From: Nostoc sp.
GTDB taxonomy: Bacteria > Cyanobacteriota > Cyanobacteriia > Cyanobacteriales > Nostocaceae
DNA length: 64,000 nucleotides
Assembly (NCBI RefSeq): GCF_036917095.1
Contig: NZ_JBALFH010000002.1
Location: 35,074-99,073, forward strand
Direction of reading: 5' to 3'
The position numbers were made by a program, and so were the translations under genes. Shown piece by piece: positions 45,231 to 55,638 of this stretch (the first letter of the stretch is position 1; each line of letters begins with the position of its first letter). A model generated the notes under the pieces. The model saw only the letters and a list, made by a program, of their open reading frames with translations. It had not been told where the DNA came from and did not search any database.

Positions 45231-46067
45231 GTGACAGACAACTCCTTGAAGCGACAACAGATAATTAGTATTGTCGCGATCGCCTCTACGATTACAGCTT
45301 GTAGTATCACCCCACAACTGGGGTTGAACAAGCCTTTAAGCAAAATCCATATTGCACAAGTTCAAGCTCATCCAGCAAAGGGCCAAATTAATGCCCAACT
45401 ACCGCCAGCCAAAGTAGAAAACCCTACCTTTACAATCCCAGCTAAATTTCAAGGAAAAACTGTTTATCAGGTGCATCCCAGGAATAACGAGAAGGTTATT
45501 GCTCTAGGCATTGATGATGGGCCCTGGCCGAAGACAACCCTAGAAATGCTGGGTATCCTGAAGCAAAATGATGTTAAGGTGACATTTTTTTGGGTAGGAC
45601 AAGCTTTGCAAGCAAATCCCGACCTAGCCAAGCGTGAGGTAGCCGAGGGACACGCCATTGGCAACCATACTTGGCATCATTGGTATCGGCGAATGGATGA
45701 AGCTACAGCCAAGAGTGAAATCGATCGCACAGCCGACCTGATATACAAAACCACAGGAGTTAAAACTGCTCTGTTTCGTCCTCCTGGAGGCTTTTTAAAT
45801 AACGGACTAGCCGCTTACGCCAAAAGCCAGAAAGACGCTGTAATTATGTGGTCGCTAACTTCAGCTGATACCGATCCTCACGCCAAACCGCAGGCATTTG
45901 TAAATAATGTCCTGAAAGGCGCGAAACCTGGTTCTATTGTTTTAATGCATGACGGTGGTGGCGATCGCCAAAGAACTGTAGAAGCTTTGCCACAAATCAT
46001 CAGTGGACTCAAACAGCAAGGCTACCGATTTGTGACAATTCCCGAATTGCTACAAATGGAGCAATAA
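45231..46067 (+). CDS. Polysaccharide deacetylase (NodB homology domain) family protein
   Basis: 278 aa with a GTG start, a signal/anchor segment, and the motifs IALGIDDGPWP, HAIGNHTWHH and LFRPPGG. Confidence 0.85.
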   Translation: MTDNSLKRQQIISIVAIASTITACSITPQLGLNKPLSKIHIAQVQAHPAKGQINAQLPPAKVENPTFTIPAKFQGKTVYQVHPRNNEKVIALGIDDGPWPKTTLEMLGILKQNDVKVTFFWVGQALQANPDLAKREVAEGHAIGNHTWHHWYRRMDEATAKSEIDRTADLIYKTTGVKTALFRPPGGFLNNGLAAYAKSQKDAVIMWSLTSADTDPHAKPQAFVNNVLKGAKPGSIVLMHDGGGDRQRTVEALPQIISGLKQQGYRFVTIPELLQMEQ

Positions 46068-46100
46068 AGGTGAGAAATTCTCCTCACCCTACTATTTCGT

Positions 46101-46493
46101 TTATTCACTCATGACAGAAGCACTACTTTCTTGAGCTTCTTGCCAAAGTTTGTGCAAAAAGAACTCAGCGCGATCGCTCATAGTGGTAACGAACACACCG
46201 ACAGCATCCTTAGAACTATTTGATAGCCAAGAACCCCGCAGGGTGACTTCCATATATTCGGCATCGCAAGCACAGAGGGCGATGATTCCTCTGTCATCTC
46301 TTTTTACCTCAGCCCTGAGTACTTCTACTCCTGGCAAATCAACAGGAAGCAAAAAGGAAGCGGTATTGGGTTCAATGCATAAACCTTGCCCAACTCGCAG
46401 GGCTAAAATCACTCGCTGTGCTACCCATTCTTCTAGCGACAGAGTGAGACATTCCAAATCAAAACTGCTTTCAGTGTAAGTTAATTTCAGCAT
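46101..46493 (-). CDS. Conserved hypothetical protein
   Basis: A 130-aa ORF with clean coding appearance and no recognised motif. Confidence 0.5.
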   Translation of the reverse strand: MLKLTYTESSFDLECLTLSLEEWVAQRVILALRVGQGLCIEPNTASFLLPVDLPGVEVLRAEVKRDDRGIIALCACDAEYMEVTLRGSWLSNSSKDAVGVFVTTMSDRAEFFLHKLWQEAQESSASVMSE

Positions 46494-46509
46494 TCCTTAT
46501 GCTCTCCTG

Positions 46510-47049
46510 TTATTCCAGGTTTGCTTGCATATCTATCCAAAACTGTTCGGCAAAAGAAATCGCGGGGTGCATTGGTGCTTTTGGTTTGGTACGCAGTTGC
46601 ATACCAGCTTCAAACAGGGTGCGATCGCCTTTACGGGAGTTACATCTCTCACAAGCTGTGACTACGTTATCCCAAGTGTGAGAACCGCCTTTAGAACGCG
46701 GCATCACATGATCTAGCGTTAAATGTTTGGCGCTGCCGCAATATTGGCAACTGTGATGATCTCGTCGCAACACTTCCCGCCGATTCACGGGCGGAACTTT
46801 CCACATCCGCTCATTGGAAGTGATTGTCAAGCGAATGTGTTTTGGTACATCAATTACCAGACTGGGTGAGTGAATTTGCCATCCGCCTTCTGTGCTAAAA
46901 CCCAGCGGTTGAGCTTTGTTGCTTACTAACAGCACAATCGCCCGCTTGATATTGACCCGGCACAGTGGTAAGTAATTTTGAGAAAACACCACCACAGATT
47001 GCTCTAACACTTGCATTGCGTTCGCGCCGCGCATGGAAGATATCGTCAC
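46510..47049 (-). CDS. HNH endonuclease domain protein
   Basis: 179 aa with RRDHHSCQYCGS...LTLDHVMPRSKGGSHTWDNVVTACERCNSRKGDR (HNH with a CxxC...CxxC zinc site). Confidence 0.85.
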   Translation of the reverse strand: MTISSMRGANAMQVLEQSVVVFSQNYLPLCRVNIKRAIVLLVSNKAQPLGFSTEGGWQIHSPSLVIDVPKHIRLTITSNERMWKVPPVNRREVLRRDHHSCQYCGSAKHLTLDHVMPRSKGGSHTWDNVVTACERCNSRKGDRTLFEAGMQLRTKPKAPMHPAISFAEQFWIDMQANLE

Positions 47050-47062
47050 AGCTTAACTCCTT

Positions 47063-47102
47063 ATAAAAAAACCCCCGCTTCAAGTTTTCGGTGAAGCGGG
47101 GG
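47063..47102 (-). terminator. Rho-independent terminator
   Basis: The minus strand reads CCCCCGCUUCA-CCGAAAACU-UGAAGCGGGGG followed by UUUUUUUAU, downstream of the 82-aa ORF. Confidence 0.75.
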
Positions 47103-47130
47103 TTAGAATTGACCGGAAAATTTTCTGGTC

Positions 47131-47379
47131 TCATATCGGTACAGTATTTCTTTGCCTGTACCCCCCGCTTTGTTCATCTAGTTCTGGTTTCGCAATCAGC
47201 GCACTAATGCTGAGATATCTAGATTCATAATTACCCTCTGTGATTTGCCCATGATTCCGGCTACCATCGCCCATAAATAAATACTCCACTTCCATAGCAG
47301 CTGATTCCCAACCGGCTCGGCAATTGGTAGCGCAAAAAGAAGTGGAGATGGGGTAAATGGATTTCACAGAAAATTTCAC
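47131..47379 (-). CDS. Small hypothetical protein
   Basis: An 82-aa ORF followed by a strong terminator. No family was recognised. Confidence 0.4.
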   Translation of the reverse strand: MKFSVKSIYPISTSFCATNCRAGWESAAMEVEYLFMGDGSRNHGQITEGNYESRYLSISALIAKPELDEQSGGYRQRNTVPI

Positions 47380-47447
47380 CTATTGAACATTCCTTTAAAC
47401 ATACTACACTTGTATTACTATCCTGTCTATACCTTTAAGGAGAAAAA

Positions 47448-47786
47448 GTGATGCATACGATCGCCCGCACCCCAACCACCGATATGGAAGTTACCAGCAT
47501 CCGCCTAGAGCGGGAACTCAAAGATAAACTCAAAGAAATAGCTGGGAATCAGGGATATCAAGCTCTGATCCGAGATATCCTTTGGAATTATGTCCAGCAA
47601 AAATCAGGTGAGTGGAAGCCTCGATTTTCGCGAACCGACATTCGAGCTAGCATAGCTGCCACAGCTCAGCAAGAAGAACGCTGTGTACTCACAGGTCAAC
47701 TAATTCAACCCCAACAACCAATGTTGTTAGGACTGACGAGGAATGGCGATATGGTTCCTCTGAGCGTCGAGAGTTTGGCTGGATAG
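47448..47786 (+). CDS. Hypothetical protein with a ribbon-helix-helix-like N-terminus
   Basis: 112 aa. EVTSIRLERELKDKLKEIAGNQGYQALIRDILWNYV resembles a CopG/RHH fold. AGGAG lies upstream and a terminator follows. Confidence 0.5.
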   Translation: MMHTIARTPTTDMEVTSIRLERELKDKLKEIAGNQGYQALIRDILWNYVQQKSGEWKPRFSRTDIRASIAATAQQEERCVLTGQLIQPQQPMLLGLTRNGDMVPLSVESLAG

Positions 47787-47800
47787 TCTTATATTTAGGC

Positions 47801-47849
47801 AAATGCAGCCCAATTATTAGTAAAAATAATTGGGCTGCATTTAAAATTT
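47801..47849 (+). terminator. Rho-independent terminator
   Basis: An 18-bp stem aaatgcagcccaattatt / aataattgggctgcattt followed by a T-rich tract. Confidence 0.7.
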
Positions 47850-48265
47850 AGTAAAATTTAGCTTCATTGATATTTTACTGAGAGTTACGGAGATAAAAGA
47901 GTAGCTTGTTAAACCTACTAGCTTAAAAAAAAAATTCATAAAAATTTATTAAATAAGTTAAGTGATTTTACGCGATCTTAAAGGCGATTTCGCTGTAATT
48001 CCAGAGAAATTACGGTTTATGTATACTTACAGACAGGATAAAGTTAGTAGATTATTTCAACATAGAGCAGCCAAAAATAAGCTAACTTAGGATAACTTAA
48101 GTATTTACTTACTTATGTAACAATGTAGCAATTTGCTTGATCCAGTGCTAACTTGGCCATCTGAGAGAGAAAAGGGCTATAACAGGTGAGAGAAAGGATT
48201 CATACAAGATTTATCAATTATCAGGGTGTAGCAACACAACTAACGGTGAAAAATATGCCAAAAGG

Positions 48266-50329
48266 TTGGGTGCAAAAACAATGGTGTTATTATCCGAGGG
48301 CGTGCCAAGAATGAAAAAGCCTTTATCGTCGCCGCCACATTACGTCGATGACATAGATCGACTACAACCTTACCAAGTTAAGCTGATGCAGCATCAGGAA
48401 GAACCTGCCCGCCAGTTGGTACAAAAGATTAACCAAATCATTGCTAATACCTCGGCGTCGGCATCGATGCTGCAAGATATTGCCCAATTACTAGGAATTG
48501 TTTTTAAAGTAGATTGCTGCTGCTTGGTTTCAGTAACGGGTGAGACAACCGAGGGAGCGACTACTACTAATTGGTGTGCTGATGAGTATCTAGGGTTGCC
48601 ACACCCAGAAGAGATGTTTTCAATGGAACAGTTGCTTATGCACTCGCCAGTGCTGCAATGTGCTGCTGAACCATTGACTATTGAAGACATTTCTCTAATT
48701 CACAACAGTCTGGTAATTGGTTGTCAATATTTGCCACTACCACTAAAAGCAGTTTTGGCAATTCCCACCCGATTTGGTGGCAATAATAATGGGGTGATTA
48801 ATCTGATTAAATTCCAACCTTATGATTGGAGTGAATCAGAAAAACAATTGCTCAAAGAAGTGGAGTCAGCTTGCGCGATCGCTTTTTCTCGCGTAGCACA
48901 AGCCCAGCTAATTGCTCATCAACAACAGGATCTGCAAAAGAACAACCAGTATCAAAGCTTGATTAAGCAATTAACTATACTGAGTCGTAGCAACTTGGAG
49001 CTTAATCAAATGCTCCAGTTAATTATCGCCTCGACTGCGGAATCTTTACAGGCAGATCGGGGTCTGCTTATACTACTTAAATATACAGATCCACTATTTA
49101 GGACTCAAGCTAAAAAACAAATTCCTAAAGCTAAAGCTAGAGTAATCGGTGAATGGGCTAAGGCAACACAAATTTCCCGCACTACTAAATCAGAGTCCTT
49201 AGATGAGTCTTTCTTGCTTTCAGAGTGTGGTTTATGCCAGCGTGCCTTCATGGAATCTGGAAAAGCTGTAATCTTCGATGACTATACAGACCAAAATGAT
49301 ACCTCGACAGCTGCTCCATTATTTGCAATAGAGGAATTGCCTGCGGTACTATTAATGCCATTAGAGAGTCAAGGTAAAATCTTAGGATTCTTGGTGCTAC
49401 AGCAAGCTGTCACTCGCAATTGGCAAGCAGCAGAAATAAATCTTGTGGAAATGGTTTGTGCTCAAGTAAGTAACGCCATAATTCAATCACAGACATTGCG
49501 CCAAGTCCAAACATTGGTAGATGAGCGGACGGCGAAACTACAGAGCAGTCTGGAACTCCAGGCAAAATTGCATGAAAGAACACGGCAGTATGTTGAGCAG
49601 CTACGGAAACTCAACGAACTCAAAGATGAATTCTTGAGCAACATGAGCGATCGCTTGCGCTATCCTCTAACAAACATGCTGATGTCAATTCGTAACTTGC
49701 GTTTGCCAGGAATAGCAGCAGAACGTCAAGTTAGATATCTGGATATCCTAGAGCAGGAATGTACAAAAGAAATCAACTTGATTAATGACTTGTTGACGCT
49801 CCAAAAACTAGAGTCGCCTCACGAAGCCCCGCAATTAGAATCTATAGATTTAAATACTAGAATCCACGATATAGCAGCATCTTTTGAGAAAAAGCTCGCA
49901 GAGAAGGGATTAAAGATTTCTGTAGATTTACCAGAGGAATCGCTAAAACTGCAAACTGAACTGGAAAGTTTTGACCGCATTCTTCAAGAGTTATTAACAA
50001 ATGCCTGTAAATACTCAGATCATGATACCATCGTGCATTTGCAAGCTGCTCACCAAGTAGATCGACAAATCGATCGAGTTATCATGAAGGTAACCAATAC
50101 AGGACGCGCCATTTCTCAAGAAGAAGCGACCTATATCTTTGACAAGTTCCGTCGCGGAAAAGGGCGCTGGACTCCAGGAACTGGCTTGGGACTTGCTTTA
50201 GTCAAGTCTTTAGTGCAGCATCTAAATGGAGCGATCGCTGTTGAAAGTCTCCAAATCTCGGATTCCGAACAGAGCGAAATTTGCTTCACCCTGACTCTGC
50301 CCCAATTTTCAGACGAAAGCAAACCATAA
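48266..50329 (+). CDS. GAF-domain sensor histidine kinase
   Basis: 687 aa with two GAF-like regions, HisKA (ELKDEFLSNMSDRLRYPLT) and HATPase_c (LLTNACKYS, GTGLGLALVKSLVQ). The start is uncertain (TTG 48266, ATG 48281 or ATG 48311). Confidence 0.8.
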   Translation: MGAKTMVLLSEGVPRMKKPLSSPPHYVDDIDRLQPYQVKLMQHQEEPARQLVQKINQIIANTSASASMLQDIAQLLGIVFKVDCCCLVSVTGETTEGATTTNWCADEYLGLPHPEEMFSMEQLLMHSPVLQCAAEPLTIEDISLIHNSLVIGCQYLPLPLKAVLAIPTRFGGNNNGVINLIKFQPYDWSESEKQLLKEVESACAIAFSRVAQAQLIAHQQQDLQKNNQYQSLIKQLTILSRSNLELNQMLQLIIASTAESLQADRGLLILLKYTDPLFRTQAKKQIPKAKARVIGEWAKATQISRTTKSESLDESFLLSECGLCQRAFMESGKAVIFDDYTDQNDTSTAAPLFAIEELPAVLLMPLESQGKILGFLVLQQAVTRNWQAAEINLVEMVCAQVSNAIIQSQTLRQVQTLVDERTAKLQSSLELQAKLHERTRQYVEQLRKLNELKDEFLSNMSDRLRYPLTNMLMSIRNLRLPGIAAERQVRYLDILEQECTKEINLINDLLTLQKLESPHEAPQLESIDLNTRIHDIAASFEKKLAEKGLKISVDLPEESLKLQTELESFDRILQELLTNACKYSDHDTIVHLQAAHQVDRQIDRVIMKVTNTGRAISQEEATYIFDKFRRGKGRWTPGTGLGLALVKSLVQHLNGAIAVESLQISDSEQSEICFTLTLPQFSDESKP

Positions 50330-50934
50330 TTCTGAAAGTGACTAAAAAACAGAACACAACAGAGAACCCTGATTTCCAGTCTCTCTCTGATGACACCAAC
50401 CTGGAAGGGGATTTGCCTGCTGATACAGTTGCTTTGGCAGCCAAAGTAGAAGTTGAAATTGAGAAAATAGCAGAGCGACAGCGGCAAATTACTGCTAAAG
50501 TCCAAATCCCCCAACCAGTGGAACAGATTTGGAAGGTTCTGACAGATTATGAAGCCTTGCCTGACTTTCTCCCCAACCTCGCCAAGAGTCGTCTAATGGA
50601 ACATCCCAATGGTGGCATTAGACTAGAGCAAGTAGGCTCCCAGCGCTTACTGAATTTCAACTTTAGTGCGCGGGTAGTTCTGGATTTAGAAGAATACTTC
50701 CCCAAAGAAATTAATTTTCGCATGGTAGAGGGAGATTTTAAAGGCTTTTCTGGTAGCTGGTGCTTAGAGCCTTATTCCCTCGGTGAGTATGTAGGAACAA
50801 ATCTTTGCTACACAATTCAAGTTTGGCCTAAACTCACTATGCCAGTAGGAATCATTGAAAATCGCTTGAGTAAAGATTTGCGGTTAAATCTTCTGGCTAT
50901 TTACCAACGTGTAGAAGAGTTAGCCAAGCTTTGA
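50281..50934 (+). CDS. SRPBCC (cyclase/dehydrase, START-like) family protein
   Basis: VEQIWKVLTDYEALPDFLPNLAKSRLMEH...FRMVEGDFKGFSGSWCLEP. The true start may be the in-frame GTG at 50338, just after the kinase stop. Confidence 0.7.
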   Translation: MLHPDSAPIFRRKQTIILKVTKKQNTTENPDFQSLSDDTNLEGDLPADTVALAAKVEVEIEKIAERQRQITAKVQIPQPVEQIWKVLTDYEALPDFLPNLAKSRLMEHPNGGIRLEQVGSQRLLNFNFSARVVLDLEEYFPKEINFRMVEGDFKGFSGSWCLEPYSLGEYVGTNLCYTIQVWPKLTMPVGIIENRLSKDLRLNLLAIYQRVEELAKL

Positions 50935-51037
50935 ACCTTATGTATAGTTAAACTATCATTCAGTTTTGTCCCTGAATGATAGTTTAATTTCGCAGATTTC
51001 CAGCAAAAGTATTTTTTGCTTTTTGATTGTTTTTAAG

Positions 51038-51110
51038 TACCCCCAGGGGAATTCGAATCCCCGTTACCTCCGTGAAAGGGAGGTGTCCTAGGCCTCTAGA
51101 CGATGGGGGC
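51038..51110 (-). tRNA. trnE: tRNA-Glu(UUC), canonical chromosomal copy
   Basis: GCCCCCAUCGUCUAGAGGCCUAGGACACCUCCCUUUCACGGAGGUAACGGGGAUUCGAAUUCCCCUGGGGGUA. Confidence 0.92.
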
Positions 51111-51437
51111 ATCGGACTCAGACCTTTTATAAGGTAACCAATTTCCTAGCCTTTGTCAACAGCTTTTGCCAAAAAAAGTTTATGGCGGCTAAACTGGGTG
51201 GAGGCAAAAGCTTGAAAAGGATACAAAGACATGGAGACACGTAAAAAAGTCCATAGAAGCTTATGCGGGAAGCCGCAGGTTGCGTCAGTGTCCGGCGATC
51301 GGAATTTAGAGGGACGCCCAGATAGAAAAAACGCTAAATTCAGCAATGAACAAAGGGTATGATGTTGTACCCTGTAGAGTTAATATCTAAAATTTTTATA
51401 CAAAAGATTTTGAAAGAAATCGCTCAAAATCTACAAA

Positions 51438-53357
51438 ATGGAAGCATCTTTTGAAATCACCCTACAGATGGCGATCGCCGTCCTTGCTGGCATTAGCGCC
51501 CAAGTGCTGGCTGCATACTTTCGGATACCCAGCATTGTCTTGTTATTGCTGTTAGGCATCCTCTTTGGCTCTGATGGCATTGGGCTGTTGCATCCCCATT
51601 TACTAGGCACTGGGCTGGAAGTTATTGTCGCCCTAGCAACGGCCATAATTTTGTTTGAAGGCGGACTTAACTTGGATCTGCGAGAGTTAGGTAGAGTTTC
51701 AGTCAGCCTGCAATTGCTCGTCACTTTAGGAACGCTGATCACATTGCTCGGTGGGAGTATGGCAGCCCACTGGCTGGGAGAATTTCCTTGGAACATAGCT
51801 TTTCTCTATGCTTCCATAGTTGTGGTTACAGGCCCAACCGTTGTTGGCCCTTTGCTCAAACAAATCAATGTAGATCGGCAAGTGGCAACACTTTTGGAAG
51901 GTGAAGGGGTTTTAATTGACCCTGTAGGGGCTATCCTTGCCTTCGTTGTCCTCGATACCATTTTGAACGGCGATGCTGACCCCATTAATGCGATCGTCGG
52001 TTTACTAATGCGCCTGGGTGTTGGCGCGGCAATTGGTGGTGCTGGCGGTTATCTGATGAGCTTGATTTTCAAACGCGCCAGTTTTCTGTCATTCGAGCTA
52101 AAAAACTTAGTGGTGTTGGCGATACTTTGGAGCCTGTTTACCTTATCGCAAATCATCCGCAGTGAATCGGGAGTAATGACAACAGTAGTTGCAGGAGCAG
52201 TCTTTGCTAACTCCTCAGTCCCAGAAGAACGTCTGTTACGGAGCTTTAAGGGTCAGCTGACAATTCTCAGCGTCTCGGTGCTATTTATCTTATTAGCTGC
52301 TGACCTATCCATTGCCAGTGTGTTTGCTTTAGGTTGGGGTAGTTTATTAACTGTTTTGGTATTAATGTTTGTCGTTCGCCCAATTAATATCCTCTTGTGT
52401 ACCTGGAACAGCGATCTCAACTGGCGACAAAAACTGTTTTTAAGCTGGGTTGCTCCTAGAGGAATTGTTGCTGCTTCTGTCGCTTCTTTTTTTGCGATTT
52501 CCTTGACCCAGCGCGGCATTAACGGCGGAGATTCCATCAAGGCTTTAGTTTTCCTGACAATTATCATGACTGTTGTTTGCCAAGGGCTAACAGCAGGCTG
52601 GGTTGCTAAATGGTTGCAAATCACTTCAAAAGACGTAACTGGGGCAGTGATTGTGGGTTGTAATCCCTTGAGTCTTTTGATTGCCCGGTTCTTTCAAGAA
52701 CGGGGAGAAAACGTGGTGATGATTGATACTGACCCCGAATGTCTTGTGCAAGCCGAGGCACAAAATCTGCGGGTGATTGCCAGCAGTGGGCTTGATGCTG
52801 CTGTTTTGGAAGAGGCAGGACTTGCTTCTATGGGTACTTTTTTGGCTATGACAAGTAATGGTGAGGTGAATTTTGTTTTGGCTCAACGGGCAGCTGAGGA
52901 ATTTAAACCCCCGCGTGTCTTAGCTGTTTTCCCCCGCGATCCGCAAGCGAATACCTCGGTTAATAATAAAGTCAATCAAGCTTTTATTCCAGATTTAGCA
53001 ATTAAAACTTGGAATGAATATCTGAATGATGGGCGCGTCAAGTTGGGAACAACTACGCTAAACGATCTGGAATTTTCTACTCAATGCGATCGCATCCAAG
53101 AAAAGATTCGGACTGGGGTGTTGATACCGCTATTGGTAGAACGAGATGAACGCTTACAGGTAATGCCAGCTAACCAAGATTGGGAAGTTGGCGATCGCAT
53201 TATTTACCTGTTGCATGACCCCAGACCTAGCCTTTTAAAACGCTTATCTGGTGCTACCCAATCCACTCCCCTATCTTTAGAAAAGTTACCGGAAGTTGAA
53301 GACCTATCCCTCGCCCAATTGTCTCAATTTTCCGCTAGTGAGGCTCCTGGGGGATGA
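51438..53357 (+). CDS. CPA1-type cation:proton antiporter with a C-terminal TrkA/RCK-like domain
   Basis: 639 aa. The N-terminal about 400 aa are polytopic (Na+/H+ exchanger-like), followed by VIVGCNPLSLLIARFFQERGENVVMID (a Rossmann-like RCK N-lobe). Confidence 0.8.
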   Translation: MEASFEITLQMAIAVLAGISAQVLAAYFRIPSIVLLLLLGILFGSDGIGLLHPHLLGTGLEVIVALATAIILFEGGLNLDLRELGRVSVSLQLLVTLGTLITLLGGSMAAHWLGEFPWNIAFLYASIVVVTGPTVVGPLLKQINVDRQVATLLEGEGVLIDPVGAILAFVVLDTILNGDADPINAIVGLLMRLGVGAAIGGAGGYLMSLIFKRASFLSFELKNLVVLAILWSLFTLSQIIRSESGVMTTVVAGAVFANSSVPEERLLRSFKGQLTILSVSVLFILLAADLSIASVFALGWGSLLTVLVLMFVVRPINILLCTWNSDLNWRQKLFLSWVAPRGIVAASVASFFAISLTQRGINGGDSIKALVFLTIIMTVVCQGLTAGWVAKWLQITSKDVTGAVIVGCNPLSLLIARFFQERGENVVMIDTDPECLVQAEAQNLRVIASSGLDAAVLEEAGLASMGTFLAMTSNGEVNFVLAQRAAEEFKPPRVLAVFPRDPQANTSVNNKVNQAFIPDLAIKTWNEYLNDGRVKLGTTTLNDLEFSTQCDRIQEKIRTGVLIPLLVERDERLQVMPANQDWEVGDRIIYLLHDPRPSLLKRLSGATQSTPLSLEKLPEVEDLSLAQLSQFSASEAPGG

Positions 53358-53567
53358 GGGGATGGGGAGGCAGGGGGCAGGGGAGAAGATGCTGTAATTT
53401 CCCAGCAATAGAGGGTTTCAGAGCCTATAAATTTATTTATGCTTAATGTTAAATATTTATTTCGAGATGCATAGCACAAGAAATAATGTGTCCAAAATCA
53501 AGTCCCTAAATTTATTTATGGGCTTTTCCCCCCTGCTCCCTGCTCCCTGCCCCCTGCCCACTCTTTA
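53358..53567. repeat. G-rich heptamer arm and complementary C-rich arm flanking an AT-rich core of about 130 bp
   Basis: gggatgaggggatggggaggcagggggcagggg ... cccctgctccctgctccctgccccctgccc. Confidence 0.75.
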
Positions 53568-54227
53568 TTAGCCTTGGGAAGGAATAAATCCGCCTTCTGG
53601 TGGTTGTTGTAAATTATCAATTTCTGGTCTTAGCGCTTCTTGATACATTTGCCATTCTTGCCACAGTAAAGCAGATAAATGCACTATGGCAAGAATTAAG
53701 GTCGCCACAGAAATTAGATAACTGTGGATTGTATAAAGGTGTTGGATTGTAACTGTGTTAATCGCTCCACCCCCAGTTAGGATGTCGCGCAATTGTCCAC
53801 CAATAAAAGGAATCGCTTCGATGGTTCCTAGTTCAATGTTAAAACGCCAGTATCCTTCTTGAGTCCAATCTAGGATCATCGCTGTCCAATTCAGCCCGAT
53901 CGCACTTAAGGTAAGCAAAATGCCGCTAATCCAAGCAGCCAGCCAACTCTGGCGAAATTGCCGACCTAAAAACATCACCACAATTTGAATCAGAGCGATC
54001 GCAATTACCGCGTTACCAGCAATATCATGCGCTCTCCAAAACAACCAGCCGTATGGCAGTTGTGTATTAATCATCTTCAATGAGTTATAAGCTCCGCCTG
54101 CTGTCGGTTCATAGTAAAAAGAAAGCATTACTCCGGTAGAGATATAAATTAAGCACAAAGTCAAAATCACGAACGATATTATCGTCGCTACTCGTCGCAA
54201 AATCCTATCGAACTGGGTGCTTTGCAT
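53568..54227 (-). CDS. Cytochrome b6/b N-terminal-domain paralog
   Basis: 219 aa, alignable by eye to PetB (FYYEPT..., RAHDIAGN, WTQEGYW, YTIHSY..., AIVHL). The position of the second heme-ligand His appears to be Gln (ALIQIV). Confidence 0.65.
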   Translation of the reverse strand: MQSTQFDRILRRVATIISFVILTLCLIYISTGVMLSFYYEPTAGGAYNSLKMINTQLPYGWLFWRAHDIAGNAVIAIALIQIVVMFLGRQFRQSWLAAWISGILLTLSAIGLNWTAMILDWTQEGYWRFNIELGTIEAIPFIGGQLRDILTGGGAINTVTIQHLYTIHSYLISVATLILAIVHLSALLWQEWQMYQEALRPEIDNLQQPPEGGFIPSQG

Positions 54228-54324
54228 AGCTCACCCCTCCTGTTCTTAACTAGGTATTTATTCTTATTACAATTTTAGCTAAGAAATATTAATAAATCTT
54301 GCATTACCCAGAAAAATAAGTTTT

Positions 54325-55038
54325 TTAAATCAAATATTGCACCCAAGTTTTTAAAGGTTCTGGCGAACCATACCAAATCCCAGGACTTCTTGGTGAATGC
54401 CTCACACCTTCAATCACCAGATTTTCTGCTCCTTCTAAATGAGCAGCTTCAATGGGTGTAATGCCATCTCCCCAAGTGTTGCCTTTACCGCAGGTTAATT
54501 GGTAACTACTGTAAGCTAACCAGCTACCAGGCCGCCTTTCTCCAAAGATAGTTTTGCCAGCGACGCAAACGTAACGAACGTTTTTGTAAAAAGCTCCTGG
54601 GTAGTTATTGTTAACAAAATCTAGATTGGAGCGCGTCCAGCGTTCTTGACTAATATGGGGTGTACCCAAGGTGATGAGAGTAGCAATCAGGGGATGCGCT
54701 TCCCAGAGGGATGGTTTAAGATTACCTTTTGCCAAATAAGGCTTTTCGCCCATGTAGATGCGGGATATCCAACCTCCGGCTGAGTGACCAATCAAATTAA
54801 TTTGAGTAGCATTGTGTTGCCGCAATGTGTGCTCGATCGTAAGATTGAGTTGTTGCAGAATTGGCGTTATAGGTCTTCCTCCAATAGTGGGTAACCAGTC
54901 ACGGCGTCGCAGTGGTACTGTAACCGTGGGAAAATCTAACTGTTGTAGGAATTGTTCTAGTTGGCGGTATGCGATCGCGCTTTCTAGATATCCAGGCAAA
55001 ATAACTGTCGGTAACGGCATTTTAAATTTTGGATGCAA
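54325..55038 (-). CDS. Alpha/beta hydrolase (lipase/esterase-like)
   Basis: 237 aa with the nucleophile elbow GHSAGG. Confidence 0.7.
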   Translation of the reverse strand: MHPKFKMPLPTVILPGYLESAIAYRQLEQFLQQLDFPTVTVPLRRRDWLPTIGGRPITPILQQLNLTIEHTLRQHNATQINLIGHSAGGWISRIYMGEKPYLAKGNLKPSLWEAHPLIATLITLGTPHISQERWTRSNLDFVNNNYPGAFYKNVRYVCVAGKTIFGERRPGSWLAYSSYQLTCGKGNTWGDGITPIEAAHLEGAENLVIEGVRHSPRSPGIWYGSPEPLKTWVQYLI

Positions 55039-55638
55039 TGATTGAGGGTTTGAACTTTTTTGACGAAGAAGTAGTCAGAAGTTAAAAGTTAGAATTGCGA
55101 TCGCATGACTGACTCCTTTTATAAAAACCCAAATAGCTTTCGTGAGCTTTAGGGCTAGAATGCCAATAAAATTGTGCAATTTGCAACAGTTTTAGGGCTG
55201 CTTATGTGGTAGTATTTTCACATAGGGAGTAGTCTCGGACAAGCAAGAGTGCCATCTATTACATAAGCGTAGTTGACTGGGAAACAGCAGAAAAAACAAG
55301 GCAACTTCACCAGATGTTTTAATGTACTCAGACTTGTGCATTCACTTAAACTTGATAAATATCCCAAAGCAAATATAAATTTTAATTGTGTGCGTCATAA
55401 GAATAAAAAATCAAAAGTAGTGATTTCTCAAATATCTCTTTAGCAAACTCAAATTTATATGATCCGGGATCGTTGATTGATTAAAAACTTGAATAAATGG
55501 CAATTTTGGCGTTTTGATTGCCAGCACAGAAAGTTATTATCCCTTTAGAGGGATGCATATCTTGCCATATCTTGCAAGATAGTCGGAAATAGAAAATCGC
55601 TAGTCAACTGTAACTGAGTCGAGTGAACGAGAACACCT

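Noticed and set aside
51146-51796. Minus-strand ORFs 51146-51346 and 51431-51796 near tRNA-Glu and the antiporter start
   Set aside because: The second is antisense to the antiporter N-terminus. The first lies in the promoter region and has no RBS or recognisable sequence.
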